Made by a program: the position numbers and the translations under genes. From Pseudomonadota bacterium (GTDB taxonomy: Bacteria > Bdellovibrionota > Bdellovibrionia > Bdellovibrionales > SG-bin7), in assembly GCA_034439715.1 (NCBI GenBank), contig JAWXAY010000094.1, positions 32,001 to 96,000 on the forward strand: DNA of 64,000 nt, in the 5' to 3' direction. The notes under the pieces were generated by a model, which saw only the letters and a list, made by a program, of their open reading frames with translations, ran no database searches and was not told the origin of the DNA. Positions within the stretch are counted from its first letter, which is position 1. Each line of letters opens with the position of its first letter. Shown here piece after piece: positions 41,046 through 51,747 of the stretch.

Positions 41046-41846
41046 ATGAAGTATCTTCATGGCTTTCAGAGGACAGAACAGAATCGCCTTTATACCCAAG
41101 CTCGTTTACTAGAAAAAGAAACATTTGGTGGCGTCGACTTCTCTAAGGCAAAAAAAATTATCGAAATAGGTTGCGGAGTGGGAGCTCAAACCGAAATTTT
41201 GATAAGGCGGTTTCCTCAGCTTGAGATTTTCGCCCTTGACGCTTCAAAAGTGCAACTAGCACGCGCTAAAGAAAAATTTAAGAAACACCCAAAAAGAAAA
41301 CAAATTCATTTTATTCAAGGCAATGCCAAAAATATACCCTTTGAGGACAACACTTTTGACGGTGCTTTTATCTGTTGGCTGCTAGAACACGTACCTAATC
41401 CCATTGACGTCGTCAAAGAGGCTAAGCGTGTGCTCAAAAGAAATGGTAAAATATTTATCAATGAAGTTCTGAACTCCACTTTTTATGTCGAACCCTATAG
41501 TCCAAGCGTATTAAAGTATCTTTTTGAATTTAACGATTATCAATGGACCATAAAAGGCGATCCTTTTGTCGGCGCTAAGCTTGGCGTTTTTTTGGCTGAT
41601 ACTGGATTTCGAGATGTTAAAATAATCACCTGCCCACACCATTTTGATAAAAGACAGAAAAAAAAGAGAAACGACTATTTAAAACTATGGCGGGACATAT
41701 TTTTGAGTGCTATTCCAGGATTACTCGAAACAAAGAGAGTTACCGCTAAGCACATTACAAATATGAAAAAAGAGTTTGAAACTTTAAGGCGTCGACGTGA
41801 TGCTTTAATTTATTGGTCAGCAATTCAGGGGCACGCACTCAAATAG
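41046..41846 (+). CDS. Class I SAM-dependent methyltransferase
   Basis: IEIGCGVG, PFEDNTFD, LEHV. Confidence 0.9.
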   Translation: MKYLHGFQRTEQNRLYTQARLLEKETFGGVDFSKAKKIIEIGCGVGAQTEILIRRFPQLEIFALDASKVQLARAKEKFKKHPKRKQIHFIQGNAKNIPFEDNTFDGAFICWLLEHVPNPIDVVKEAKRVLKRNGKIFINEVLNSTFYVEPYSPSVLKYLFEFNDYQWTIKGDPFVGAKLGVFLADTGFRDVKIITCPHHFDKRQKKKRNDYLKLWRDIFLSAIPGLLETKRVTAKHITNMKKEFETLRRRRDALIYWSAIQGHALK

Positions 41847-41857
41847 GGAGTTAGAAA

Positions 41858-42772
41858 ATGTTTTTAATTTTAGGTCTTTCATTTTTATTCAATTCGGCTC
41901 TGGCTGAGAACTTAAAAATAATAAAAGTGGAATCTGCCGCTCATTTTGTCAAAGTAGTGCCAAGCTCGAGTATAGATGATACGGACCTGAGAAAATATGA
42001 AATTCTGCTGGATCTAGGTGCCGAGGTTTGTGAACTGTCCGTTAAGAAAACCGGCGATAAGGAGTGGGAGTTCTCAACTGACGGTTGCGACATCGAAAAA
42101 CCGCTCACCAAGAATTCTCGAATCTATCTGGAACTGAAGCCGGTTGCGCCTAAAGTTGAACCTAAAAAAAAATACGCTAAACGAGAGGATGTCGCATATA
42201 ACATTTCTTTATTCTACAGTTCAGCAAGCACATACCGTGTACTCGGATCCTATGACAGCAATTTGAATTCCGGTGATATTGATATCAGAGGAAAGATGTC
42301 GGGTGGGGCGCCGGGAATTGCGTTCGGGTTGACCATTCCTGGATTAAAAATTTTTGAAGTAGATGGTGGAATTGGCTATGAATTTGCCCGTAAGGTTAAA
42401 AGCGAAACCGGTACACTCGGTGGCACTTCAATATACCAGGATTTTGGAGGAAGAAGTCCGACATTTAAAATTTTGTTTCTCTATGGCAACCTGAGATTTT
42501 ATATGCCCGTAGAAAACCTCTATCTTTATGTAGGGTATGTTTACGGTTTTCCCTCAGTATCTGAAGAAATTAGCAGTAGAATGAGCTTGATGAGTGGATT
42601 TCAGGCTGGAGCTGGCTACAAGATATCAGAATTACTATCCGGGGAATTTGGTATGCGACTACTGTCGGCAAGCTACATCGAATCAGGCACCTCGGGAGCG
42701 ACTACTTACCAAGAAGATGTAGATAGCTTTTCGTTAGTAGGATTTGTCGGTGCCCTAAAATACGAACTCTAA
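41858..42772 (+). CDS. Putative outer-membrane beta-barrel protein
   Basis: Signal peptide, N-terminal domain, amphipathic strands (GFQAGAGY), ends ALKYEL. Confidence 0.55.
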   Translation: MFLILGLSFLFNSALAENLKIIKVESAAHFVKVVPSSSIDDTDLRKYEILLDLGAEVCELSVKKTGDKEWEFSTDGCDIEKPLTKNSRIYLELKPVAPKVEPKKKYAKREDVAYNISLFYSSASTYRVLGSYDSNLNSGDIDIRGKMSGGAPGIAFGLTIPGLKIFEVDGGIGYEFARKVKSETGTLGGTSIYQDFGGRSPTFKILFLYGNLRFYMPVENLYLYVGYVYGFPSVSEEISSRMSLMSGFQAGAGYKISELLSGEFGMRLLSASYIESGTSGATTYQEDVDSFSLVGFVGALKYEL

Positions 42773-43989
42773 AACCCTAAATCTATAGCAAGTCTCACTG
42801 ACTCAAGCACATCTAATTCGCCGAAGCCAAGTTTGGGGTCCCAAGTGTAAACTCGTGTAAATGCCGACTTCAACAATATGTCTCTCTTCTCTTTTGCTGT
42901 TAACCTAGGATTGGCCTGCGAAATAAGTGCCAACGTACCGGTTACAAAGGGTGCGGCCATCGAGGTGCCAGTCCATTCCCCCCAAAGATTTCCCGGCAGT
43001 GTCGAAATAATTTTATCTCCGGGCGCGCTAATTTCAGGTTTTAATAAAGTAGAGCCGTTAAAAACAACAGGTCCTCGACTTGAAAATTCGGTTGCAACTC
43101 CATTGGCATCAGTTGCTGCTACCACAATCGTCGTGGGATAGTTTTTAGGCTCAGAAATAGAGCCTTCCTCAAGCCCATTATTTCCAGCAGAAAAAACAGC
43201 AATAATCCCCAGCGAATCCCAAACCTGAAGGGCTCTATAATAAAGTTCAATCTCTGGTAAGTTGTCTTGACCCCAAGAGTTATTAACTACAAGCGGCCAA
43301 TCGTTAGTGCTCGGATCGCCATCGGGGTCGGTTAAAAACTCCATGGCTCGAAATGCCGTTTTGACATCATGGATCTGTACTGAGATTATTTCGCACTTAG
43401 GTGCTACTTGGGCCACTATTCCCGTAACGTGTGTTCCATGTCCCGAAAAATCTGAAGCCCTAGATGGAGCACCTAGATCAGGGTTATAGAAAATTTTTAT
43501 TTTTTCTTTCAGAAACTCGTGGTCTGCATCCACTCCCGTGTCGATAATACCAACTTTTACTCCATGACCAGTGATCTCAGGATAAAAGGCATTAACGATG
43601 TTCAGTTTAATGTTTTCTGCAAAATACTGTGCTTTAGGGGCAGTGGGTTGCGCTGATTGAACGGTTTCAAATTTAAAGGGTCGATTAAAAAAAATACTTT
43701 TGATGTCTTGGTTTTTAAGAAGTTCAGCCAAGATTTTTTGATTTATTTTTGCATAAAAACCGTGGGTGATCCAAAGTGGTGTGGCATTGATATTCCCTAA
43801 ATTCTTTAGCTTCTTTTTCGTCAAGGCTTTTAACTGGGAGATGCTTAAAGTTGCAAGGGACTCGGTTATATCAAATATCGCAATTATCTCTACTTCAGGA
43901 GAAGCGGCTAAAGTTTTAATGACCATAGGGTCAATTACTGCTGCCTGGGCAAACCCAATAAGAGATAGACATAAAAGTATGAATTTCAT
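42769..43989 (-). CDS. Secreted S8 subtilisin-like serine protease
   Basis: IDTG, GHGTHVTG, SAGN, GTSMAAP; signal peptide from ATG 43989. Confidence 0.95.
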   Translation of the reverse strand: MKFILLCLSLIGFAQAAVIDPMVIKTLAASPEVEIIAIFDITESLATLSISQLKALTKKKLKNLGNINATPLWITHGFYAKINQKILAELLKNQDIKSIFFNRPFKFETVQSAQPTAPKAQYFAENIKLNIVNAFYPEITGHGVKVGIIDTGVDADHEFLKEKIKIFYNPDLGAPSRASDFSGHGTHVTGIVAQVAPKCEIISVQIHDVKTAFRAMEFLTDPDGDPSTNDWPLVVNNSWGQDNLPEIELYYRALQVWDSLGIIAVFSAGNNGLEEGSISEPKNYPTTIVVAATDANGVATEFSSRGPVVFNGSTLLKPEISAPGDKIISTLPGNLWGEWTGTSMAAPFVTGTLALISQANPRLTAKEKRDILLKSAFTRVYTWDPKLGFGELDVLESVRLAIDLGF

Positions 43990-44094
43990 AGTACTTTTCC
44001 TATAAACAAGCCCATTTTTAAGTAACACGGCTAGAGGTTAAATAGGCACACAAATTTTTTGCTGGTGAAAAAAAGATATGCTAAAAGACCGTCA

Positions 44095-44823
44095 ATGGTT
44101 AAATTGAGTGTAAATATAAATAAGATTGCGACATTGCGGAACGCCAGGGGAGAAACAAACCCGAATGTGCTAAAGGCGGCTTTAGATATCGAGTCTTATG
44201 GTGCCGATGGTATTACTGTTCATCCGCGGCCCGATGGTCGTCATATTCGCTTTAGTGACGTTTTCGACCTAAAAAAAAATATTAAGGTTGAACTTAATAT
44301 CGAAGGCTATCCTTCCCACGAGTATATTAAATTAGTCTCTGAAATAAAACCAGCACAAGCGACTTTAGTGCCAGATCCCCCAGAAGCTTTGACTTCAGAT
44401 GCCGGCTGGAATGTTAAAAAGAATGAAGCTTTTTTGTCAGCCGCAGTTCAAAAATTAAAACCATCAGGCGCAAGAATTTCGTTATTCATAGATCCTTTGA
44501 ATGTTTCCACGCAGGAGTTGGCAATAATAAAGTCTTTAGGAATAGAGCGTATTGAGCTTTATACAAAGCTGTATGCTGACGTTTTTCATTCTAAAAAACT
44601 CCAAGAGACTTTAGAGTTTTATAAAAAAGTGGCGCGTGAGGCGGAAAAGGTGGGCCTAGGAGTGAATGCGGGACATGACCTAGATCTTAAAAATCTTGGT
44701 TATCTGGTGAGAAATATCCCCGAGCTCTTAGAAGTTTCTATTGGGCATGCTCTAATTTGTGATGCCCTTAATTTTGGTCTTAAGGATACAGTCCAAAAAT
44801 ATCTACTGGCCGCTAAGGGTTAA
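44095..44823 (+). CDS. pdxJ: Pyridoxine 5'-phosphate synthase
   Basis: LSVNINKIATLRNAR, ITVHPRPD, NAGHDL, EVSIGHALI. Confidence 0.96.
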   Translation: MVKLSVNINKIATLRNARGETNPNVLKAALDIESYGADGITVHPRPDGRHIRFSDVFDLKKNIKVELNIEGYPSHEYIKLVSEIKPAQATLVPDPPEALTSDAGWNVKKNEAFLSAAVQKLKPSGARISLFIDPLNVSTQELAIIKSLGIERIELYTKLYADVFHSKKLQETLEFYKKVAREAEKVGLGVNAGHDLDLKNLGYLVRNIPELLEVSIGHALICDALNFGLKDTVQKYLLAAKG

Positions 44824-45014
44824 AAACACCAGAAAAAATTTTCAGATAGTAAAAAGACGCCAATTTTGCGAAAATAACTAGTGTTATCAAGTGTTTGTAA
44901 TTTTTACAGTGAGTCCAAAAAATCCCCTAAAAAATTGACACATCGCGTATAATGGCCGTTAAATAGAACAAAATGAACTCGTCGGTCGTCTCGTCTATCG
45001 TCGCGAAGGTAATA

Positions 45015-45800
45015 GTGAAGATAATTTTAATCAGCTTAATTTTAATTTGTGAAACTCTGGCGGGATCAATTGCTTTCAGCGCCGAGGAGGTAAATTTTGT
45101 TGAACCAGTGGGAGGGTTTGATTTCGATTTTTCGCAAGGACCCCCTCAAGTTCACGATGTGTGGTTTGCTGAAAATCATTACACAGCAGAAGAGTGGAAA
45201 TCAGCGGCCATTGCAGGATACGCTAATCCCTTTGTCGAAGAGGTTACATTAAAGCCCCTTGTTAAAAATGGTAACTCTCATATTATTGCCATGAAAACCG
45301 CTTTCGTTATTAGGAAACCCATTACTTTTATAACAAGAGAAAAATATTTATCACCTGACTTTCACATAAAGACAAATCCCTCTATAGAAGAAATGAAGGT
45401 AATCAGCCAAGTCCCGCTAATTTTTGATACCAAAACAGGTATTTTCGGTTTCATGGAACTGAATTCATTGGTACATTTTTTATATTTTGATGAAAACGAA
45501 ATTCAGGCGCGGCCCAATTTGCAGCAGATCACAAGGTATCATGGATTAACCAAAGTCCCACCTAAATTCCTAATTTATCGGTATGCTGAAAAATTCAATC
45601 GCATTCTAGAGTTGGCAGTTACGACCTCCGAATTTTACCCCATTGATGCTAATTCCACTCTCGTATTGTCGTTTGCTTTTGTCTCTGCCAACGGCAGTTG
45701 GTTTACTGGGTTTAGTGGAGCATTTGCCAAGAGAAAACTGCGAAATGCGTTTGAGCAAATAATTAGAGATAATATACATGCCATTGACAACCTTCCGTAG
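45015..45800 (+). CDS. Secreted hypothetical protein, possibly START/SRPBCC-like fold
   Basis: Signal peptide from GTG 45015 (alternative ATG 44973); C-terminal strand-strand-long helix pattern; overlaps the cyclase start. Confidence 0.55.
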   Translation: MKIILISLILICETLAGSIAFSAEEVNFVEPVGGFDFDFSQGPPQVHDVWFAENHYTAEEWKSAAIAGYANPFVEEVTLKPLVKNGNSHIIAMKTAFVIRKPITFITREKYLSPDFHIKTNPSIEEMKVISQVPLIFDTKTGIFGFMELNSLVHFLYFDENEIQARPNLQQITRYHGLTKVPPKFLIYRYAEKFNRILELAVTTSEFYPIDANSTLVLSFAFVSANGSWFTGFSGAFAKRKLRNAFEQIIRDNIHAIDNLP

Positions 45801-47769
45801 AAACTTAATTTTCGTAGGCTTGGCACTTTTACTAACGGGATTTAATTTTGACGAAAAATTGGATCAGTCGATTTCTAATACAGTAAAATACCTCAAGGAG
45901 CGACAACGGCCCGAAGGCCATTGGGCCGGCGCTTATGTTTGTGATGCCTCATTTGATGCTTTGGCTTTAGCACTCGGAAAAAAGCTGGGACTCTTGAATG
46001 AAGACCTAAAGGTCGAAATCTACAAATCCATTACAGATCGAATTGACCCATCAAAGAGCGGGTGGACGACTTATGCTGGCGGTCCTATCGATAGGGATGT
46101 CACTGGTATTATTCTTTTGGCACTTCAAAGTGTGGGGTATTCAGAAGCTGATCCCCATCTCATCAGAGCATGGCAATGGTTTCACTCCCAAGGTGGATTA
46201 AAAATTTTGGGTCCAATTGCTAAGGCTCAATTGATTCCACTGGGTCTCGTTAGCAAAAAACTCGTACCAATGGTTACTGCGAGAATACTGGGACTCCCCA
46301 AATTGTCGCCAGTACACATAAGTAAACTCGGTCATGTTAAGGAGCTCACGATTCCATTTATAGGATGGCAAATCTTATCTGAACTTAAGGACAACTCCCT
46401 TTCGGCAGAATTTCTAAATCTTACAGCGTGGATGAATGAAAAAGTGAGTATCGGGACTTACAAGTTTCCGCAAATTGATGGAACTTCACAAGAATTTACG
46501 AAAGATCCTTATGTTGATTTAGCAAACTCCTTTATAAACCTCCTGGTTGGTGGCAGCGATATCTTTTGGGCCAAACAAGTTGTCGCCTATGCTTTGCAAA
46601 GGCGTAATCCATCTGGCAATTGGTTCGGTGTGAGTTTTACGATGGTAAACTTATTAATGCTGTCAGAGGCACAACGAGTGGGGCTGGGGGATTTCTCAGG
46701 TCTACTAAATCAAGGCTGGCAGAGCATACTCAGGTGGCGTGCTTTGAGCGGCGAGGGAATCTCAGTTCAACAGGTTATGTCGAGCGATATTTGGGACACC
46801 TCAAATACTTTATCTGCCTTTCATAAGTTAAAGGACACTAAATGGTACGACTCACAGATGGTACAAGGGATAAACTTAGGTGCTAAATGGCTGAATGATA
46901 AATTCATATCCAGTGCGGGCTGGAGTTTTGATAGCTCAGATAGAACTCTCCCCGATCTTGATGATACGGGTACCGTCCTTCATGCCCTAGCGGGCACTCA
47001 AGAAGTCGAACACATTCCTTTCGCGCTTGACTGGATACTTGAAAACCAAAACGACGATGGGGGATTTCCGGCATGGAACAAGGGTGTCTCGCAAAATACC
47101 TTTTTACTAATGGAGGGATTTTTTCCGGATATTCCAGATATCGCCGACATTAGTCAAACGGATCTCACGGCACGGGTACTGGTTACTTTTTCGGTCTTAG
47201 AAAAACAGGGCGTTGTTTCAAGACGAACTTTAACTCCAATTCGCGAACGCGCCTGTAAATTTATTTTAGATAAATCAGAAAAAATTAAAAACATTGATGC
47301 TCCCGCCTATACGGGTCATTGGTTTTCAAACAATGTATATGCGGCTAGCACAGCGGCTATGGGGCTTGTTTATGGCAATTGCAATCAAAAAACTCTCCCG
47401 CAGATTTTGAAGTGGGTTGTCTCGGTACAAAATTTAGATGGCGGTTGGGGTGAGGGCAATGGCGGGTATAAAACAAAGGAATTTTTTAGGGGGCCTTCAA
47501 CTCTATCACAAACAACTTTGATATTATTGGGGTTAGTAGAAACTTACGGGCAGTTAAAAACAAATGGCAATAATATTGCTTGGTTAAAAACGAGCATTGA
47601 AAAAGGCATGGATTTTGTGATGAGCCAAAGTCAGCTAGGCACTAATTACTTTGACCCCACATTTACTGGCATAAATATTAAAGGAGCCAGTTTTTCGCGT
47701 TATGAGCTCTTACCTGCCTATACCGCGCTTTATGTTTATGGCACGTGGTTGAAATATTTGGGGTATTGA
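45778..47769 (+). CDS. Squalene-hopene cyclase-like class II terpene cyclase
   Basis: QW repeats (QRPEGHW, QNDDGGF, QNLDGGWGE), SDIWDT, GWSF, catalytic PDLDDT, STLSQT. Confidence 0.85.
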   Translation: MPLTTFRRNLIFVGLALLLTGFNFDEKLDQSISNTVKYLKERQRPEGHWAGAYVCDASFDALALALGKKLGLLNEDLKVEIYKSITDRIDPSKSGWTTYAGGPIDRDVTGIILLALQSVGYSEADPHLIRAWQWFHSQGGLKILGPIAKAQLIPLGLVSKKLVPMVTARILGLPKLSPVHISKLGHVKELTIPFIGWQILSELKDNSLSAEFLNLTAWMNEKVSIGTYKFPQIDGTSQEFTKDPYVDLANSFINLLVGGSDIFWAKQVVAYALQRRNPSGNWFGVSFTMVNLLMLSEAQRVGLGDFSGLLNQGWQSILRWRALSGEGISVQQVMSSDIWDTSNTLSAFHKLKDTKWYDSQMVQGINLGAKWLNDKFISSAGWSFDSSDRTLPDLDDTGTVLHALAGTQEVEHIPFALDWILENQNDDGGFPAWNKGVSQNTFLLMEGFFPDIPDIADISQTDLTARVLVTFSVLEKQGVVSRRTLTPIRERACKFILDKSEKIKNIDAPAYTGHWFSNNVYAASTAAMGLVYGNCNQKTLPQILKWVVSVQNLDGGWGEGNGGYKTKEFFRGPSTLSQTTLILLGLVETYGQLKTNGNNIAWLKTSIEKGMDFVMSQSQLGTNYFDPTFTGINIKGASFSRYELLPAYTALYVYGTWLKYLGY

Positions 47770-48270
47770 TTACTTCGCTAGCTTAAGCAAAGTATTCACG
47801 GTCTTTTTGATTTTATCGACTTCAAATGGTTTTTTGATGTAGTCATCACAGCCAACCTGAAAACCTCGTTTGATATCAAGTTCGTTGGTTTTTCCTGAAA
47901 CAAAAATTAGTGGAATACGTTTTAAATCTTTATGTTCTTTTAATAGTTGAGCGAGCTCATAACCGTTAATCCAGGGCAGTCCCACATCTAAAATAATCAT
48001 ATCTATTGGCGCGTCGTTGAGTACGTGTGAAAGTTGCGTGCCGTCGGCAGCAGGCAGAACCTTATAGCCATCGCTTTCAAAAATTCGCCGCATGGCCTCG
48101 CGCATGGTTTCATCGTCTTCGATGACGAGTAGAGTTTTGGGTCTTTCTTTTTTTGCAACTTTTCGAAAACTATCGAGAGAAACAATGCCATCTCTGGCCA
48201 CTTTTTCGCGGGTGATACGTTCAATTTTCTGCACTAGCTCTGCAGTATTAACACCCTTTTTTTGACTCAT
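47770..48270 (-). CDS. Response regulator (REC) with N-terminal extension
   Basis: VIEDD, ILDVGLP, KPF. Confidence 0.88.
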   Translation of the reverse strand: MSQKKGVNTAELVQKIERITREKVARDGIVSLDSFRKVAKKERPKTLLVIEDDETMREAMRRIFESDGYKVLPAADGTQLSHVLNDAPIDMIILDVGLPWINGYELAQLLKEHKDLKRIPLIFVSGKTNELDIKRGFQVGCDDYIKKPFEVDKIKKTVNTLLKLAK

Positions 48271-49200
48271 TTACTCTCCCTGTTTTTCGAGCCACCTTTC
48301 GCAATCGATGGCTGCCATACAGCCGCTTCCTGCTGCTGTAACTGCTTGCCGATAGTGAGGGTCTTGCACGTCTCCGGCGGCAAACACGCCATCGATCGAA
48401 GTGTAAGATGTTCCCGATTTTGGTTTGATGTAACCAACTTCGTTGAGCTCCAAAAGGCCTTTAAAAATTTGGGTGTTGGGACTATGCCCAATCGCCAAAA
48501 ACATGCCTTCAACAGCAAGCTCACTTAATTGGTTGGTAACGGTGTTGCGAATTTTTAATTTCTCAACAACCTTACCACCCAGGACCTCTTCCACAGTCTC
48601 GTTGACCCTTATCTCAATTTTGGAGTTGTTTTTGACTTTTTCCAACATGATTTTTGAAGAGCGAAAAACATCCCGACGATGGATCAGGTACACCTTTTTT
48701 GCAAAGCGGGTTAAAAATGAGGCTTCTTCCATTGCGGTATCTCCGCCTCCGATAACAGCGACGTTCATGTTCTTAAAAAAGGCTCCGTCACAAGTCGCGC
48801 AAGCCGATACACCTTTGCTCATGAATTTCTTCTCTGATTCTAGACCAAGGTATTTGGCTGAGGCGCCAGTCGCAATAATTACACTTCGAGTTTCAAATAA
48901 GTTCTGCCCTTGCCATACTTTAAAGGGGCGTGTCGAGAAGTCGACTTTAGTCACATTTTTAGCTTCAAATCTCGTTCCAAAGCGGCCCGCTTGTTTGCGA
49001 AAAATCTCCATCATCTCTGGTCCAGTAATTCCTTCTGCAAATCCCGGATAGTTTTCGACGTCACTTGTTAACATGAGTTGTCCGCCGACTTCTTCGCCTT
49101 CAAACATTAGTGGATTGAGCAAAGCACGAGAGGTATACAATGCTGCTGTATAACCCGCAGGACCTGAGCCAATAATTATGACTTTTTCAATTTTACCCAT
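48271..49200 (-). CDS. trxB: Thioredoxin-disulfide reductase
   Basis: GSGPAG, CATCDG, GGGDTA, HRRD; start ATG 49200 with GGAG RBS. Confidence 0.97.
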   Translation of the reverse strand: MGKIEKVIIIGSGPAGYTAALYTSRALLNPLMFEGEEVGGQLMLTSDVENYPGFAEGITGPEMMEIFRKQAGRFGTRFEAKNVTKVDFSTRPFKVWQGQNLFETRSVIIATGASAKYLGLESEKKFMSKGVSACATCDGAFFKNMNVAVIGGGDTAMEEASFLTRFAKKVYLIHRRDVFRSSKIMLEKVKNNSKIEIRVNETVEEVLGGKVVEKLKIRNTVTNQLSELAVEGMFLAIGHSPNTQIFKGLLELNEVGYIKPKSGTSYTSIDGVFAAGDVQDPHYRQAVTAAGSGCMAAIDCERWLEKQGE

Positions 49201-49223
49201 TTTGTACTCCTCTGATCTTTTCT

Positions 49224-49892
49224 CTAAGATTTTAATTGATAGTGCCAAGTTGCCCCGGGTTCAACTACCCAAGTTAACATTTTTTGAGCGGCGACTTCAG
49301 CAGTTAGAATTGGTAATTTCATGCGACGCGGAAGGGCATTTTTTGGGAGAAGGTCGGTGTCAATATAGTCAGGACTAAACAGTCTAATTTTAGCCTTGCC
49401 ATTTTTTTCCGCAACTATCGATTGAATTAAACTGTGCAGTGCATTTTTTGCGGCACCATATGAGGAGCCAAGTGGATGCTCATTATTTTCGGCCACAAGT
49501 GAACCAACAAAACAGATTTGTCCTAAGTCGTTCGGTCCCTTTAAAACATGATGTAAGATTTTGGCGGGGGTTAAAAAATTAACATGTAGGGCCCACTCAT
49601 GATCTTTCCATTCAAAAGAATGAAACGGTCCGTAAGGGCCACCACCTGCAAAATAGAAAATCTGCTGAGGCTTGATTTCATCAATCAGTTTCAAGAGATT
49701 CTGTTGGTCAGCGGACTGAGAGGCATCGAACCTAATGTACTGATGTTGAGTCGAAGTTAGAGATTTTCGTGAGGCCAGAAAAATCTTGAGGTTCGGATAT
49801 TTTTTATCAAGCTCATTCACAAAGGCCCGCCCCAGTCCGCGGCTAGCGCCAATTATCAGTATATTTTCCTTGTCCCACATTGATTTGCCCAT
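49224..49892 (-). CDS. SDR family oxidoreductase
   Basis: GASRGLG, YGAAK. Confidence 0.88.
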   Translation of the reverse strand: MGKSMWDKENILIIGASRGLGRAFVNELDKKYPNLKIFLASRKSLTSTQHQYIRFDASQSADQQNLLKLIDEIKPQQIFYFAGGGPYGPFHSFEWKDHEWALHVNFLTPAKILHHVLKGPNDLGQICFVGSLVAENNEHPLGSSYGAAKNALHSLIQSIVAEKNGKAKIRLFSPDYIDTDLLPKNALPRRMKLPILTAEVAAQKMLTWVVEPGATWHYQLKS

Positions 49893-49909
49893 TAATTTAA
49901 GTAACTACT

Positions 49910-50197
49910 ATGCCATGGATAAAGTTTGTCAAAGGGTTTCCCGATATTGAAGTCCCAAAAGGCTCTAACTTGCGGGAGACCTTGCGTGAAAATGGTCGTC
50001 CGGTGGCGAGTTCTTGTCGTGGCCAAGCGGTCTGTACAAAGTGTGTTATTAAAATTATTGAAGGCCTACAGAATCTATCTCTTCAAAATCAGGCCGAAAA
50101 AGATCTGCGCGATATCCACGATATACCAAAAGACTCGAGAGTCAGCTGTCAGACGTCTGTTGAGGGCGATATTACCGTTGATACGACTTACTGGTAA
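49910..50197 (+). CDS. 2Fe-2S ferredoxin
   Basis: C-x5-C-x2-C ... RVSCQ. Confidence 0.9.
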   Translation: MPWIKFVKGFPDIEVPKGSNLRETLRENGRPVASSCRGQAVCTKCVIKIIEGLQNLSLQNQAEKDLRDIHDIPKDSRVSCQTSVEGDITVDTTYW

Positions 50198-50319
50198 TTA
50201 TCGGTTGGTTCCGAATAAAATCCTGAGTTCGGACATCGTTTTTTTTAAAATGGTTTAAACTTAGTTTAAAGACTGACCCGCCAAATGCAGTAAAGGCTTT
50301 CAATCAATGGAGGTCATTC

Positions 50320-51744
50320 ATGAAAATAAATAAATTACTCACCGTTTCCTTGCTTGTTCTAACGTGTGCCTTAGCTTGTCAAAAAAAAGAAGAAACAGAA
50401 TATATCTTTCCGCTGTTGGGCAAAGGAGGAAATGCGGAAAGTCTCGAGGTAAAAATTTTGGCACAAAATATTGAAAAAATCTCTCTTGATGACGAAATTG
50501 TCATTGAAAGTGCTACTGATGAAAAGCCAGAGGGACAAAATTTGAGAGAAACTAAATCAACGTCATTGAATGTTTCATGTGAGGCCCCAGGCATTAAGAG
50601 CGAGAATAAAAAATCGCGCCTAACGCGAAATAAAAAATACCGGTTTTTACAGCTAGTGCCAATGCACCTTATATCGAAAAGAAATCTGAATTTGCAAAAA
50701 AACTTTAGTTGTATGTTCAGCTTTTCGTATCAAAAAAATAAAGTAAAAGATTTGGGACCGTTGGTGATCGACAATTCCAATTACTCGGGCAATTTGCCTC
50801 TACGAAAAGGGGCAATGGATTTTCCGAAGGATTCAAAAGATGTCATTCTACCTCATCAGGTAAACGAAGTTCAGTTCGACTTCCCAAGTGGTCGAGCTGT
50901 TACGACCACTTTAGTTTGTGACCAATTTGTCAGTCGTGAAGATCTATTGGACATACGTTACTTTCAGTTGTCTCAACTAATTTATAAGGGAACCAAAAGT
51001 GTGAACTCGAATTTAGCAGGGGCGCAGAACTGCCGCCTTGTTATTGAGGCGCTTGATCAATCAGAAGAAATCTTTATCAGTAAGTCGTTTCTACTAGTGT
51101 TTAAAAAAGAAAATTTGGCGCTGGATTTTTCAACTGGTTTTTCAATGATGACCCATGTGGCAAAAGGGAACCAAGTGCTATTTACGCTTGTCATCTCTAA
51201 CCCAAATTATTTTGCTGTCGAAGTCAAAACTTCGCATCTGCCACAACAGGTAATATGGCAACCGGTATACGGCATTAAAAATGGTAACAGTGGCGGACCA
51301 ATCTATGTTTTGAAAACGAATACTAAATCAATAACATGGCATGTAACAGAAGCAGAAGGTTCAGTGTCAGGTACAGACGCAAGTTTTGTTGTGGGATCGC
51401 AGCAAAAGGCAGTATTATCTGGAAGTGCCTCGATAGATGTCTCCTGTGGGGCCAGCCTCCATGTTCAACAATTTGGGCCTGCTATGCCGCTGGTAGGCTA
51501 TCTAGTGGAATTAGATTCTAACAAAGTTGATCTGAGTGATTTTTTTCAAGGAGCGCAAATAGGTGGGGCTCATTATCCCCTGGATGGCCCCTTACAAACT
51601 AGTTTTGCTGGAAACAAAAAGTGGATTTCAATTGATGGCATTGACTACACACAAAGAGCCAACTGGTTTAAGAATGGAATTGTAACCTACAGAGGTACTG
51701 ACAACCTAAGCCGTGAGGCGAGGCATTGTACGGACGGACGCTAA
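50320..51744 (+). CDS. Putative lipoprotein
   Basis: GGAGG RBS; signal peptide with lipobox-like ALA-C; beta-rich. Confidence 0.6.
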   Translation: MKINKLLTVSLLVLTCALACQKKEETEYIFPLLGKGGNAESLEVKILAQNIEKISLDDEIVIESATDEKPEGQNLRETKSTSLNVSCEAPGIKSENKKSRLTRNKKYRFLQLVPMHLISKRNLNLQKNFSCMFSFSYQKNKVKDLGPLVIDNSNYSGNLPLRKGAMDFPKDSKDVILPHQVNEVQFDFPSGRAVTTTLVCDQFVSREDLLDIRYFQLSQLIYKGTKSVNSNLAGAQNCRLVIEALDQSEEIFISKSFLLVFKKENLALDFSTGFSMMTHVAKGNQVLFTLVISNPNYFAVEVKTSHLPQQVIWQPVYGIKNGNSGGPIYVLKTNTKSITWHVTEAEGSVSGTDASFVVGSQQKAVLSGSASIDVSCGASLHVQQFGPAMPLVGYLVELDSNKVDLSDFFQGAQIGGAHYPLDGPLQTSFAGNKKWISIDGIDYTQRANWFKNGIVTYRGTDNLSREARHCTDGR

Positions 51745-51747
51745 CAC

